From Tagaea sp. (lineage in GTDB: Bacteria; Pseudomonadota; Alphaproteobacteria; CACIAM-22H2), in NCBI GenBank assembly GCA_044356395.1, contig JBIKWI010000004.1, positions 1-59,357 on the forward strand: a DNA stretch of 59,357 nucleotides. The letters run 5' to 3'. Positions 12,320-21,755 of this stretch are shown piece after piece; position 1 is the stretch's first letter; each line of letters starts with the position of its first letter. The notes under the pieces were generated by a model that was not told where the DNA came from, searched no databases, and saw nothing but the letters and a program-made list of their open reading frames with translations. A program made the translations under genes and the position numbers.

Positions 12320-13618
12320 TCACATCATTTTCTTGGGCAGCCAGAGCGCCAGGTCGGGCACGAAGAACAGCAGGGCGACCATCAGGCACATCAGCAGGAA
12401 AAACGGGAAGGCGACCCAGCCGATATAGGTGATCTGGTGGCCGGTCATGCCCTGCAGGACGAACAGGTTGAAGCCGACCGGGGGCGTGATCTGGGCCATC
12501 TCGACGACGATGACGATGAAGATGCCGAACCAGACCAGATCGAAGCCCGCCCGCTCGATCGTCGGCATGACAACCGCCATGGTCAGCACGACCATCGAGA
12601 TCCCGTCGAGGAAGCAGCCGAGGATCGCGTAGAACACCGTCAGGATGACAATGAGCATCCCCGGCCCCAGATCGAGCGCGTCGATCCATTCGGCCAGCGC
12701 CCGCGGCAGGCCGGTGAATCCCATCGCCAGTGTCAGGAACGAGGCACCGGCGAGGATGAAGGCGATCATGCAGGAAAGCCGGGTCGCTCCCATCAGGCTT
12801 TCCGTGAAGACCTTCAGGTTCATGTCGCCCTGGAGCGTCGAGACCAGCAGCGCGCCGGCAACCCCGACCGCCGCCGCTTCGGTGGCCGTCGCGAGGCCGG
12901 CATAGATCGAGCCGAGCACGATCACGATCAGGCTGACCGACGGCAGCAGGTAGCGGGCCGCGTAGATCTTCTGGAGGAAGGTCATGCGCAGGTCGGCCGG
13001 TGGGATCTTTTCGGCATTGAACAGCGACCAGACGACGACCCAGCCCATGAACAGGCCCGCGAGCGCCAGACCCGGCACGACGCCGGCGATGAAAAGCTGG
13101 GCGATCGACACGTTGGTCTGCACGCCGTAGACGATCATGATCAGCGACGGCGGGATCAGCAGGCCGAGCGTGCCGGAGCCCGCGAGCGACCCCACGATCA
13201 TGCTTTCGGGGTAGCCGCGCTTGCGCAGCTCCGGGATCGACATCTTGCCGATCGTGGCGCAGGTGGCGGCCGACGACCCGGAGATTGCCGCGAAGATCGT
13301 GCAGCCGATGACGTTGGTGTGCAGCAGGCGGCCCGGCAGGGCCTGCATCCACGGGGCGAGGCCTCGGAACATGTCCTGCGACAGACGCGTGCGGAACAGG
13401 ATCTCGCCCATCCAGATGAACATCGGCAGGGCCGTCAGCGTCCACGAGGACGCCGTCCCCCAGATCGTGGTCACCATCGCCGTACCGACCGGGCGGGCGG
13501 TGAAAAGCTCCATCGCCAGCCAGCCCGTACCGAGCAGGGCGAGTCCGATCCACACGCCGGAGCCGAGGATCACGAACATGAGGATGATGAGAAGGCCGGC
13601 GATCTCGAGACTGGGCAT
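12320..13618 (-). CDS. dctM: TRAP transporter large permease DctM
   Basis: Motifs LTALPMFIWMGEIL, AAISGSSAAT, GTLGLLIPPS, ATATEAAAVG and AQITPPVGFNLFV. Confidence 0.9.
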   Translation of the reverse strand: MPSLEIAGLLIILMFVILGSGVWIGLALLGTGWLAMELFTARPVGTAMVTTIWGTASSWTLTALPMFIWMGEILFRTRLSQDMFRGLAPWMQALPGRLLHTNVIGCTIFAAISGSSAATCATIGKMSIPELRKRGYPESMIVGSLAGSGTLGLLIPPSLIMIVYGVQTNVSIAQLFIAGVVPGLALAGLFMGWVVVWSLFNAEKIPPADLRMTFLQKIYAARYLLPSVSLIVIVLGSIYAGLATATEAAAVGVAGALLVSTLQGDMNLKVFTESLMGATRLSCMIAFILAGASFLTLAMGFTGLPRALAEWIDALDLGPGMLIVILTVFYAILGCFLDGISMVVLTMAVVMPTIERAGFDLVWFGIFIVIVVEMAQITPPVGFNLFVLQGMTGHQITYIGWVAFPFFLLMCLMVALLFFVPDLALWLPKKMM

Positions 13619-13633
13619 CGTTCGCTTCCGCCG

Positions 13634-14149
13634 CTATTCGGTGTGCTGGAGTTCGGCCGACAGGTCGCTCTGCGCCGGATCGCGGCCCTGGACGACCTGC
13701 ACGAACTCGTCGACGAACGCGACGAACAGGATGCTCATGCCGAGCGCCATCGCCGATTGCGGGATCCAAAGCGGCGACGCATCCATCGCATCGGAGCGCG
13801 ACTCGAATTCCCACGACCAGTAGACCATGTCCCACGCGTACCAGGCGAAGAAGCCCGAGAGCAGGATGGCGATGCCGAGGCACCAGAACTCGATCCAGCG
13901 CCGGGCCGCACCCTTGAATCGCTGGATGATGAGCGTCACGCGGATGTGCTCGCCGCGCTTCAGCGTGCTGGCGAGCGCGAAGAACGACGAGGCCGCCATC
14001 GCGTAGCCCGCGTAGGCATCGGTGCCACGGACATAGATGTCGGACACGCCGCCGAGAACCTGGAGGAGGGTCACGGCGAGGATCGCGATCATGCCGACGC
14101 CCGCCGCCCAGCCGCTCGCCTCGTAGAGTGTGTCGAGAAAACGTCGCAT
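13634..14149 (-). CDS. dctQ: TRAP transporter small permease DctQ
   Basis: Four TM segments and a GEHIRV motif, located between dctP and dctM. Start at MRRFLDTLY. Confidence 0.85.
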   Translation of the reverse strand: MRRFLDTLYEASGWAAGVGMIAILAVTLLQVLGGVSDIYVRGTDAYAGYAMAASSFFALASTLKRGEHIRVTLIIQRFKGAARRWIEFWCLGIAILLSGFFAWYAWDMVYWSWEFESRSDAMDASPLWIPQSAMALGMSILFVAFVDEFVQVVQGRDPAQSDLSAELQHTE

Positions 14150-14171
14150 CGAACCGCCGGTCGGAAGGGTA

Positions 14172-14207
14172 AGGGGTGGCCGGACCGGACCCGGCCCGAC
14201 CACCCCT
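14172..14207 (-). terminator. Intergenic stem-loop between dctP and dctQ (attenuator or mRNA stabiliser)
   Basis: Imperfect inverted repeat aggggtggccggaccgg / ccggcccgaccacccct. Confidence 0.45.
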
Positions 14208-14236
14208 CATACGTCAAGCAAACATCACGCCGGAGA

Positions 14237-15238
14237 TCAGGCGCTGGCCTTGTAGGCCGCGACGAGTGCCTGGCCGTCGGCGCCCGCGCGCACCAGCCAG
14301 TCCTTCGTCAGCTCTTCGCCCCAGCGCTGGAAGCCGGCCTTCAGGGCCGGCGACGGCGGCTCGACCGTCATGCCGTTCTTCCGGAGTTCGCCGAGGAAAT
14401 GGTTCGACAGGCGCTCGGACTCGGCCCATCCGCGCGCTTCGGCGACCCCGGCCGCCTTGGTCACGGCAGCCTTCGTCGCGTCGTCGAGGGCGCCCCAGGC
14501 GCGCTGGTTGACCATGATCAGGTTCTTCGGCAGCCAGGCCTGCACGTCGTAGAAATACTTGATGTGCTCCCAGACCTTCGAGTCGTAGCCCGTCGCACCC
14601 GACGTGATCATCGAATTGACGCGACCGGCGGCGAGAGCCTGGACGAGCTCCGCGGCCTGAATCGTCGTGACGCGCATCCCGGCAAGTTCGGCGAAGCGGC
14701 CGGCCGACGCCCCGTAGGAGCGGAACGACAGTCCCCGGAGATCCTCGGGCACCGCGAGCGGCTTGGGGCTGTAGAAGCCCTGCGGCGGCCACGGCACCGC
14801 AAAGAGCTGGCGCAGGCCGCGGCTCGTCAGGCGCTTCTCGACCAGCGGCTTCTGGACGTTCGCAAGCTTGCGGGCGTCGGCATAGGACGTCGCGAGGAAC
14901 GGCACGTTGTCGGCGCCGAAGATCGGATCCTCGTTCTCCAGCACGACCATCAGCAGCTCGCCGACCTGCGCCTGGTTGGTCTGAACGGCGCGCATGATCT
15001 CGGGCACCTTGAACAGCGAGGCGCCGGGATGGACCGTGATCTCGAGCTTGCCGCCCGAGGCGTCCTTAACGTCCTTGGCGAACTGGATCAGGTTGACCGA
15101 ATGGAAGTTCGACGCCGCATAGCCGGACGGCAGGTCCCATTTCCACTTCGCCTGGGCGGCGGCCGGACGGACGATCGCGGCCGCGGCAAGGCCGGCGGCC
15201 ACGCCGCCCGTGAACTGGCGGCGGGAGAGTTTCTTCAT
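14237..15238 (-). CDS. dctP: TRAP transporter substrate-binding protein DctP with Tat signal
   Basis: MKKLSRRQF leader, SGGKLEITVHPGASL, AVPWPPQG and AWLPKN. Confidence 0.88.
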   Translation of the reverse strand: MKKLSRRQFTGGVAAGLAAAAIVRPAAAQAKWKWDLPSGYAASNFHSVNLIQFAKDVKDASGGKLEITVHPGASLFKVPEIMRAVQTNQAQVGELLMVVLENEDPIFGADNVPFLATSYADARKLANVQKPLVEKRLTSRGLRQLFAVPWPPQGFYSPKPLAVPEDLRGLSFRSYGASAGRFAELAGMRVTTIQAAELVQALAAGRVNSMITSGATGYDSKVWEHIKYFYDVQAWLPKNLIMVNQRAWGALDDATKAAVTKAAGVAEARGWAESERLSNHFLGELRKNGMTVEPPSPALKAGFQRWGEELTKDWLVRAGADGQALVAAYKASA

Positions 15239-15353
15239 GATGCGGGTCCCCTGTCGGAAGGATGGAATTCGTTGGAGCCCGGTTTGTTCCGGGTCGGGGA
15301 CAAAGGTTAGGCCGACGCTCGCCGGAGCGTCAAGAAATGTGCCTCTCGCGGGC

Positions 15354-16559
15354 CTATTCGGCCGCCTTGACGGGGCGGTTCTCGACCAGCGTGCCGGCGG
15401 CGAACAGCCGGTCGATGTCGGCCAGGCCGTAGCCGAGCTCGACGAGCAGTTCCCGGCTGTGGGCGCCGACGGCCGGCGCATCGCGACGGACCGGCAGGCG
15501 TTCGCCGTCGAAGCTCATCGGCAGGCCGGGGATCCGCACGCGCCGGCCATCGGGGCTGGCGACGTCCACCAGGCCGTGGCTGGCGTTGAGGTGCGGATCG
15601 TCGAGCAATTCGACCGGGCGCACGATGGGCGCGAACGGGATGCCCAGCTTCTCGCATTTGGCCACCAATTCGGCTTTCGTGAAAAGGCCCAAGGCGGCGG
15701 CAACCGCCGGGACCAGCGTGTCGCGTGCCGCACAGCGCTGCGGGTTGGTCGCCAGCTTCGGATCGGACTTGAGGGCCGCGAACCCGAAGGCATCGCAGAA
15801 CGGCCCCCATTGCGTGTCGCTGACCACGGCGACGAAGAGCTGCTCGTTGTCGGCCGTATCGAACACGTCGTAGATGCCCCACGCCCCGCGGCGCACCGGC
15901 ATCGGCGGCGGCGCTTCGCCGGTCATTCCGTACTGCGCGATGTGCTGGGCCGACAGGAAGGCGCAGTTCTCGTAAAGCGAGGATTTGACGTAGCGTCCCT
16001 TGCCGGTGCGGTGGCGTTCTTCGAGGGCGGCCAGGATCGCGATCACCGCGAACATGCCGCCCATGATGTCGTTGACCGACGTGCCCGCGCGCAGCGGCCG
16101 CCCGGCGGGACCGGTCATGTAGGCAAGCCCGCCCATCATCTGCACGACCTCGTCGAGCGCGGTACGGTGCTCGTAGGGACCTTCGAGGAACCCCTTGAGC
16201 GAGCAGTAGACGATCCGCGGATCGAGTTTGTGCACAGCTTCGAAGCCGAGGCCGAGCCTGTCCATGGCACCGGGGCGGAAATTCTCGGTGACGATGTCGG
16301 CCGTCGCGACCAGCCGGCGCGCGATCTCCAGCCCTTCCGCGCTCTTCATGTCGAGTGCGAACGAGCGCTTGTTGCGGTTGAACGCGACGAAGAAGCCGGA
16401 GCCGGACGAGGTAAGGCGGCGCGTATTGTCGCCGGCGGGCACGGGCTCGACCTTGATCACGTCGGCGCCCAGGTCGCCGAGGATCAGGCCGCAGCTCGGC
16501 CCCATCACCATGTGGACGAACTCGACGACGCGCAGGCCCGCGAGCGGCAGATCGCCCAT
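15354..16559 (-). CDS. CaiB/BaiF family (class III) CoA transferase
   Basis: Motifs PLAGLRVVEF, LGDLGADVIKVEP, NRNKRS and ENFRPGAMDRLGLG. Confidence 0.9.
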   Translation of the reverse strand: MGDLPLAGLRVVEFVHMVMGPSCGLILGDLGADVIKVEPVPAGDNTRRLTSSGSGFFVAFNRNKRSFALDMKSAEGLEIARRLVATADIVTENFRPGAMDRLGLGFEAVHKLDPRIVYCSLKGFLEGPYEHRTALDEVVQMMGGLAYMTGPAGRPLRAGTSVNDIMGGMFAVIAILAALEERHRTGKGRYVKSSLYENCAFLSAQHIAQYGMTGEAPPPMPVRRGAWGIYDVFDTADNEQLFVAVVSDTQWGPFCDAFGFAALKSDPKLATNPQRCAARDTLVPAVAAALGLFTKAELVAKCEKLGIPFAPIVRPVELLDDPHLNASHGLVDVASPDGRRVRIPGLPMSFDGERLPVRRDAPAVGAHSRELLVELGYGLADIDRLFAAGTLVENRPVKAAE

Positions 16560-17494
16560 CAGGCGGCCTCCGCGCGCGCGAAGCCCTTGGGCACGCCCGC
16601 TTTGGCGAGATGGCCGTAGAAATCGGCTCCCGGCAACGCGGCTTCTAGGATCTCGCGCGCCTCGAGCAGCTTTCCGATATCGACGCCCGTGCGCAGGCCC
16701 ATCGCTTCGAGCATGAAGACGAGGTCCTCGGTGATGACGTTGCCCGAGGCCCCGGGCGCGTACGGGCAGCCGCCCAGACCCGCCATCGAGCTGTCGAGCG
16801 ACCGCACGCCCGCCTCGATCGCCGCCACGCAATTGGCAAGGCCGAGCCCGCGCGTATTGTGGAAGTGCGCGGCTTCGAGCTTGCCGCCGATCTCGGCCCG
16901 CACGGCCGACAGCAGGCGACGCACCTGCAGGGGATTGGCGTAGCCGACCGTGTCGGCGACCGAGACCGAGTCCGCGTCGATCTCGACTGCGCGCGCCGCG
17001 ATCTTCAGCACGTCCGCCTCCGGCACCTCACCCTGCAGCGTGCAGCCGAAAGCGGTCGAGATACCTGCCGTGATCTGGAAGCGCCTGGCAGCCGGCAGCG
17101 AATTCCGCAGCGCCACGATGCGCGCAAGCTCCTCCATCTGCTCGTCGACCGACTTGCGCACGTTGGAGCGCGAATGCGCCTCGCTTGCCGAGATCGGCAG
17201 CGAGATCCGCCGCAGACCGACCTCGACCGCGCGCTCGGCTCCCTTGAGATTGGGGACAAGCGCCACGATCGAGACGTCCGGCAAAGTCAGCGAATAGGCG
17301 GCGACTTCCGCCGCATCGGAAAACTGCGCGATCATCTTCGGATTGACGAACGAGCAGACCTCGATTTCGGGCAGCCCCGCGGCGGCAAGTGCGGCGATCC
17401 ACGCCTTCTTCGCCCCAGTCGGCATGAAGATCTTGGTGTTCTGCAGCCCGTCGCGGGGGCCGACTTCGGAAATCTGGATATCGATCGCGGACAT
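16559..17494 (-). CDS. Hydroxymethylglutaryl-CoA lyase family protein
   Basis: Motifs EVGPRDGLQN, DTVGYANP, HFHNTRGLGLAN and GLGGCPYAPGASGNVITED. Confidence 0.9.
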   Translation of the reverse strand: MSAIDIQISEVGPRDGLQNTKIFMPTGAKKAWIAALAAAGLPEIEVCSFVNPKMIAQFSDAAEVAAYSLTLPDVSIVALVPNLKGAERAVEVGLRRISLPISASEAHSRSNVRKSVDEQMEELARIVALRNSLPAARRFQITAGISTAFGCTLQGEVPEADVLKIAARAVEIDADSVSVADTVGYANPLQVRRLLSAVRAEIGGKLEAAHFHNTRGLGLANCVAAIEAGVRSLDSSMAGLGGCPYAPGASGNVITEDLVFMLEAMGLRTGVDIGKLLEAREILEAALPGADFYGHLAKAGVPKGFARAEAA

Positions 17495-17561
17495 GGCGGC
17501 TCCCCGGGAACTGACGCTCGGCAGGCAGGATAGGCCCGCACCGGCCGGCGGGGAAGAAGGC

Positions 17562-18152
17562 TCAGAGCCGCTTGGTCCAGAACACCATCGGCTTGGCGCT
17601 CGACGCCTCGTCGCCCACGTCGCGCCAGCCGAACGAAGCCGTCAGGCCGGGTGCCTTCGCATAGCCGCGCTTGCTCCAGAACGCGTCGAGGGGAACGTAG
17701 TCGCCGGGGCGGGCGGGGTGGTTGTCGGGCCGGACCACCGCGCAGAACGTGCCGGTCCGGTAGCCGAGTTCGCGCGCGCGCGCCTCGCGCGCGGCGAAGA
17801 AGGCGACTCCGATCCCCCGGCGGCGCCACGCCGGCAGCAATACCGATTCGCCGTAGTAGTAGTATTCCCTCGGATCGAGACCGGCGGCGACGAAGGGCGC
17901 CTGCAGCTCGGGCTCGGCGCTTTCCAGGGGAAGCGCGGTCGAAGCGCCCACGACAGCACCGTCGGCACGCGCCACGACGATCGTCGACCTGTCGAGCTCC
18001 AGATACTTGGCGAGATACCGGCGCTCGTAGTCGAGGCTGCCTTCGTAGAGATAGGGCCAGTCGCGGAAAACCGTGACGCGCAGCCGGGCGAGATCCTCGA
18101 TGACCGGGGCGGCCGCCGTTCCGGCGAGCGTCTCGACCACGGCATCCGTCAT
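17562..18152 (-). CDS. GNAT family N-acetyltransferase
   Basis: LARLRVTVFRDWPYLY, acetyl-CoA motif ESVLLPAWRRRGIG and FWSKRGY. Confidence 0.8.
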   Translation of the reverse strand: MTDAVVETLAGTAAAPVIEDLARLRVTVFRDWPYLYEGSLDYERRYLAKYLELDRSTIVVARADGAVVGASTALPLESAEPELQAPFVAAGLDPREYYYYGESVLLPAWRRRGIGVAFFAAREARARELGYRTGTFCAVVRPDNHPARPGDYVPLDAFWSKRGYAKAPGLTASFGWRDVGDEASSAKPMVFWTKRL

Positions 18153-18544
18153 CGCACCTGCGCCAGCCAGTCCGCGACGTTGTAGTGGTTGGCGATGCGC
18201 GCGATCTTGCCGTCGCTGAGGTCGAAGAAGGCGCCCACGCGCAGGGTATAGGTCTGCCCGCGGGCCGGCGGATGGGGCGCGTCGGTGGCGAGATACGTCC
18301 CGTCGAGGTCGAATTCGGCCGCGGCGCGCGCGCCCGACGGCTCGACCATCACGACGAGGTTGCGCGTGCGCTCGCGATAGCAGCGGTCCATGTGGTCGAG
18401 GAACGTGCGGAACGCCGCCCGGCCCGTCTGGCGCTTGCCCTGGCAAACGTCGTGGGCGACGTCGGCGGCCAGCAGCGCGCACATGCCGTCCCAGTCGCGC
18501 GCGTCGAATGCCGCATAGTACTTCCGGATCGTCGTCTCGCTCAT
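18149..18544 (-). CDS. Ketosteroid isomerase-related (SnoaL/NTF2-like) protein
   Basis: YYAAFDARDWDGM, DVAHDV, RAAAEF and GAFFDL…IARIANHYN. Four-base overlaps with both neighbours. Confidence 0.8.
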   Translation of the reverse strand: MSETTIRKYYAAFDARDWDGMCALLAADVAHDVCQGKRQTGRAAFRTFLDHMDRCYRERTRNLVVMVEPSGARAAAEFDLDGTYLATDAPHPPARGQTYTLRVGAFFDLSDGKIARIANHYNVADWLAQVR

Positions 18545-19335
18545 TGCCAGACCTTCCAGGGCGCCTTGCCGGCGGCCCACATCTCGTTGAGCAGCGTCAT
18601 GTCGCGATAGGTGTCCATGCACTGCCAGAACCCGCCGTGGCGATGGACGGCGAGATTGCCTGCGTGCGCCAGCTTCGGCAGCACGTCGATCTCCAGGCTG
18701 TTCTTCGTGTCGTCGAGCGCCACGCCCTCGACAGCACGCTTGTCGAGCACCAGGAAGCCGCCGTTGATCCAGCCCTCGTCGATCTGCGGCTTTTCGCGGA
18801 ACGTGCGCACGTCGGTGCCGGCGATGTCGATCTCGCCGAAGCGCGAGGGCGGATGCACGGCAGTGACCGTTCCGAGCTTGCCCGATTTCAGGTGCGTGTC
18901 GAGCAGGCCGGCGACGTCGACATTCGCGACACCGTCGCCGTACGTGGCGAAGAAGGTCTGGCCGCGCACATGCTTCAAGGCACGCCGGATGCGGCTGCCG
19001 GTCTGCGACTCCGCCCCGGTCTCGACCAGCGTGACCGTCCAGTCGAGCGGCGCCACGTCGCCCAGCACGCGCACGGCATTGGTCGAAAGATCGACCTCGA
19101 GATCGGCGTTGTGGAGCCGGTAGTTGATGAAATAGTCGCGGATGACATCGCCCTTGTAGCCCAGGCACACGATGAACCGGCGCACGCCGAAGTGGCGGTA
19201 GATGCGCATGATGTGAACGAGGATCGGCACGCCGCCGATCTCGACCATCGGCTTGGGCCGAAGTTCGGTCTCCTCGCGCAGGCGCGTCCCCATGCCGCCT
19301 GCGAGAATGACGGCTTCCATATCGTTCGCGCGCAT
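18541..19335 (-). CDS. rfbF: Glucose-1-phosphate cytidylyltransferase
   Basis: AVILAGGMGTRLREET, RPKPMVEIGG, TYGDGV, WINGGF and FWQCMDTYRD…APWKVW. The start may be 19320. Confidence 0.9.
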   Translation of the reverse strand: MRANDMEAVILAGGMGTRLREETELRPKPMVEIGGVPILVHIMRIYRHFGVRRFIVCLGYKGDVIRDYFINYRLHNADLEVDLSTNAVRVLGDVAPLDWTVTLVETGAESQTGSRIRRALKHVRGQTFFATYGDGVANVDVAGLLDTHLKSGKLGTVTAVHPPSRFGEIDIAGTDVRTFREKPQIDEGWINGGFLVLDKRAVEGVALDDTKNSLEIDVLPKLAHAGNLAVHRHGGFWQCMDTYRDMTLLNEMWAAGKAPWKVWQ

Positions 19336-19414
19336 CCTTGACCCCCGGATTCCCTGTCGTCGATTCGCCTGACCGGACCGATATTATCGCGCGCCGGCGG
19401 GCGCCGCATCCTTC

Positions 19415-19723
19415 TCAGGCCGGCGACAGGACGTGAATCGCGCGGTTCGCCACCATGTGTCCGACCTTGGCACCGTATGCCTTCATGTGCGGGGCAGCGG
19501 CGTGGGCAGCGAGGGCGGCGGCATCTTCCCACTTCTCGACGACGATGAACGTGTCCGGACCGCATTTCGTCTGGAACGGGCCGATCCCTTCGGCGTCGAT
19601 GACGGGTGTGTACTCGATGCAGCCCTTTTCGGCATGGACGGCCGGCATGTTGGCGCGGAACGCCTCGAGGATGCTGGCACGCAGGCCGGGCTTGGCCGTG
19701 ATGATGGCGACGACGTGAATCAT
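19415..19723 (-). CDS. Putative quinol monooxygenase (ABM family, YgiN-like)
   Basis: MIHVVAIITAKPG, AEKGCIEY and VVEKWED…AHAAAPHM. AGGGAGG SD. Confidence 0.85.
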   Translation of the reverse strand: MIHVVAIITAKPGLRASILEAFRANMPAVHAEKGCIEYTPVIDAEGIGPFQTKCGPDTFIVVEKWEDAAALAAHAAAPHMKAYGAKVGHMVANRAIHVLSPA

Positions 19724-19782
19724 GGTGTTTTTCCTCCCTGCCCTGCCTGTAGCATAAAGAACCGCGTCAGGGAGAGGTTCGC

Positions 19783-20547
19783 ATGCTTTGGGGACGTATC
19801 GAGTATCGGGGCCGCACGCTGGCCGGACATGTCGATGACGGGATGCTGGCCGTGCACGCAGGCGACATGTTCGCGGGTGCCGTGGCCAGCGGCGAGAGCG
19901 TGCCGGTTGCCGACGCAAGATGGCTGGCCCCCTGCGTGCCCGGCAAGATCGTGGCGCTGTGGAACAATTTCCACGCGGCGGCGGCGAAGAACGGCTGGGC
20001 CGTTCCCGCCGAGCCGCTCTATTTCATCAAATCGACCGGCGCCTTGAACGCGCATCTCGCCCCGATCCGCAAACCCGCAAGCTACGACGGGCGCGTCGTG
20101 TACGAGGGCGAGCTCGGCATCGTGATCGGCCGCACCTGCCGCAACGTGCCGGAAGCCGACGCGGCGGCGCATGTTTTCGGCTACACCTGCATCAATGACG
20201 TGACGGCACTCGACCTGCTGGCGGCCGATCCGAGCTTTCCCCAGTGGACGCGTGCCAAGGGGTTCGACGGGTTTGCGCCCGTCGGCCCCGTGATTGCGAC
20301 CGGCATCGACCCGGCCGGCCTCGTCGTGCGCACGCTCGTCAACGGGCGCGAGCGCCAGAATTATCCGGTCGCGGACATGATCTTCCCGCCGGCGAAGCTT
20401 GTGAGCCTGATCAGCCGCGACCTGACGCTCGAGCCGGGCGACGTGATCGCCTGCGGCACGTCGCTGGGCGTGCTGCCGATGCGCCCGGGCACGACGGTCG
20501 AGGTGGCGATCGACGGGATCGGCACGCTGAAGAACGTCTTCGAGTGA
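19783..20547 (+). CDS. Fumarylacetoacetate hydrolase family protein
   Basis: Motifs EPLYFIK, YEGELGIVIG, GYTCINDVTA, AKGFDGFAPVGP and LEPGDVIACGT. Confidence 0.9.
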   Translation: MLWGRIEYRGRTLAGHVDDGMLAVHAGDMFAGAVASGESVPVADARWLAPCVPGKIVALWNNFHAAAAKNGWAVPAEPLYFIKSTGALNAHLAPIRKPASYDGRVVYEGELGIVIGRTCRNVPEADAAAHVFGYTCINDVTALDLLAADPSFPQWTRAKGFDGFAPVGPVIATGIDPAGLVVRTLVNGRERQNYPVADMIFPPAKLVSLISRDLTLEPGDVIACGTSLGVLPMRPGTTVEVAIDGIGTLKNVFE

Positions 20548-20627
20548 TGCGCGTCTAAGATGTTGACAGGCCGTGGGCCGGACCCGACAAAGACCCGTCC
20601 TTCCGCCACAATCCGGGATCCAATCCG

Positions 20628-21755
20628 ATGCATTTCTACCGCCACGGCCTGACCGGCGCCGACGCCAAGGCGATCGCCGACGTGCTCGACACGCCCTTCC
20701 TGACGTCGGGCGGCGTCGGCAAGAAGGTCGAGGGCATGCTGTGCGCGTTCTTCGACACGCCGCACGCCCTTCTCGTCAACTCCTGGACCAACGGCGCGCT
20801 CGCGGCACTGCTGGCGCTCGACATCGGCCCCGGCGACGAGGTCATCGTGCCCGCGCAGACCTTCATCGCGACGGCCAACATGGTCGAGCTGGTGGGGGCC
20901 AAACCCGTCTTCGTCGATGTCGATCCCGACACGCTGCTGCTCACGCCCGGGGGTGCGGCGGCAGCCGTCACCGGGCGGACCAAAGCCTGCATCCCGGTCC
21001 ACATGTACGGTCTGATGTGCGACATGAAGGGCCTGCGCGCGGCCCTGCCCGCGCACGTGACCCTGATCGAGGATTGCGCGCACTGCTTCGAGGGCACGCG
21101 CGGCGGCGAGTTGCCGGGCCGTCACTCGGAAATGGCGATCTTTTCGTTCTACGCCACCAAGAACGTCACCTGCGGCGAGGGCGGGGCGATCGTGCTGAAG
21201 GACGCCGACCTGTTCGCCAAGCTCCAGCAGACGCGCCTGCATGGCATGAGCGCCATCGCCGCCGACCGCTTCAAGGCAGGCCAGTACCGGCACTGGGACA
21301 TGGGCCGGCTCGGCGTGAAGGCAAACCTGCCGGACCTGCTCGCGGCCTTGCTGCCCGCGCAGATCGAGACGATCCGCCAGCGCCTGCCCGCGCGCACCGC
21401 GCTCGCCGACCGCTATCGCGACGCGTTCGCCAACCTGCCGATCCGCCTGCAGCGGCTGGACCCGGACTGCGTATCGGCCGAACACCTGTTCCCGATCCAC
21501 GTGAAGCCGGAAGTCCGCGATGCGGCCATCTCGGCGCTCAACGCGGCGGGCGTGCCGGTGACGGTCAACTACCGCTCGGTTCCCACGCTCACCTACTATC
21601 GCGAGAAATACGGGTTCACCGCGAAGGATTTCCCGAATTCCTGGGAATGGGGCGAAGGCGAGATATCCCTGCCGCTGTGGCCCGGCATGCCCGAGGAAGA
21701 CCAGACGAAGGTCATCGAGACGGTCAAGTCGGCCGTGGTACCGCTCTGCCGCTGA
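20628..21755 (+). CDS. DegT/DnrJ/EryC1/StrS PLP-dependent sugar aminotransferase (ArnB-like, Lys-type)
   Basis: GDEVIVPAQTFIATAN, PVHMYG, IEDCAH and FSFYATKNVTCGEGG with the catalytic Lys. Confidence 0.9.
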   Translation: MHFYRHGLTGADAKAIADVLDTPFLTSGGVGKKVEGMLCAFFDTPHALLVNSWTNGALAALLALDIGPGDEVIVPAQTFIATANMVELVGAKPVFVDVDPDTLLLTPGGAAAAVTGRTKACIPVHMYGLMCDMKGLRAALPAHVTLIEDCAHCFEGTRGGELPGRHSEMAIFSFYATKNVTCGEGGAIVLKDADLFAKLQQTRLHGMSAIAADRFKAGQYRHWDMGRLGVKANLPDLLAALLPAQIETIRQRLPARTALADRYRDAFANLPIRLQRLDPDCVSAEHLFPIHVKPEVRDAAISALNAAGVPVTVNYRSVPTLTYYREKYGFTAKDFPNSWEWGEGEISLPLWPGMPEEDQTKVIETVKSAVVPLCR

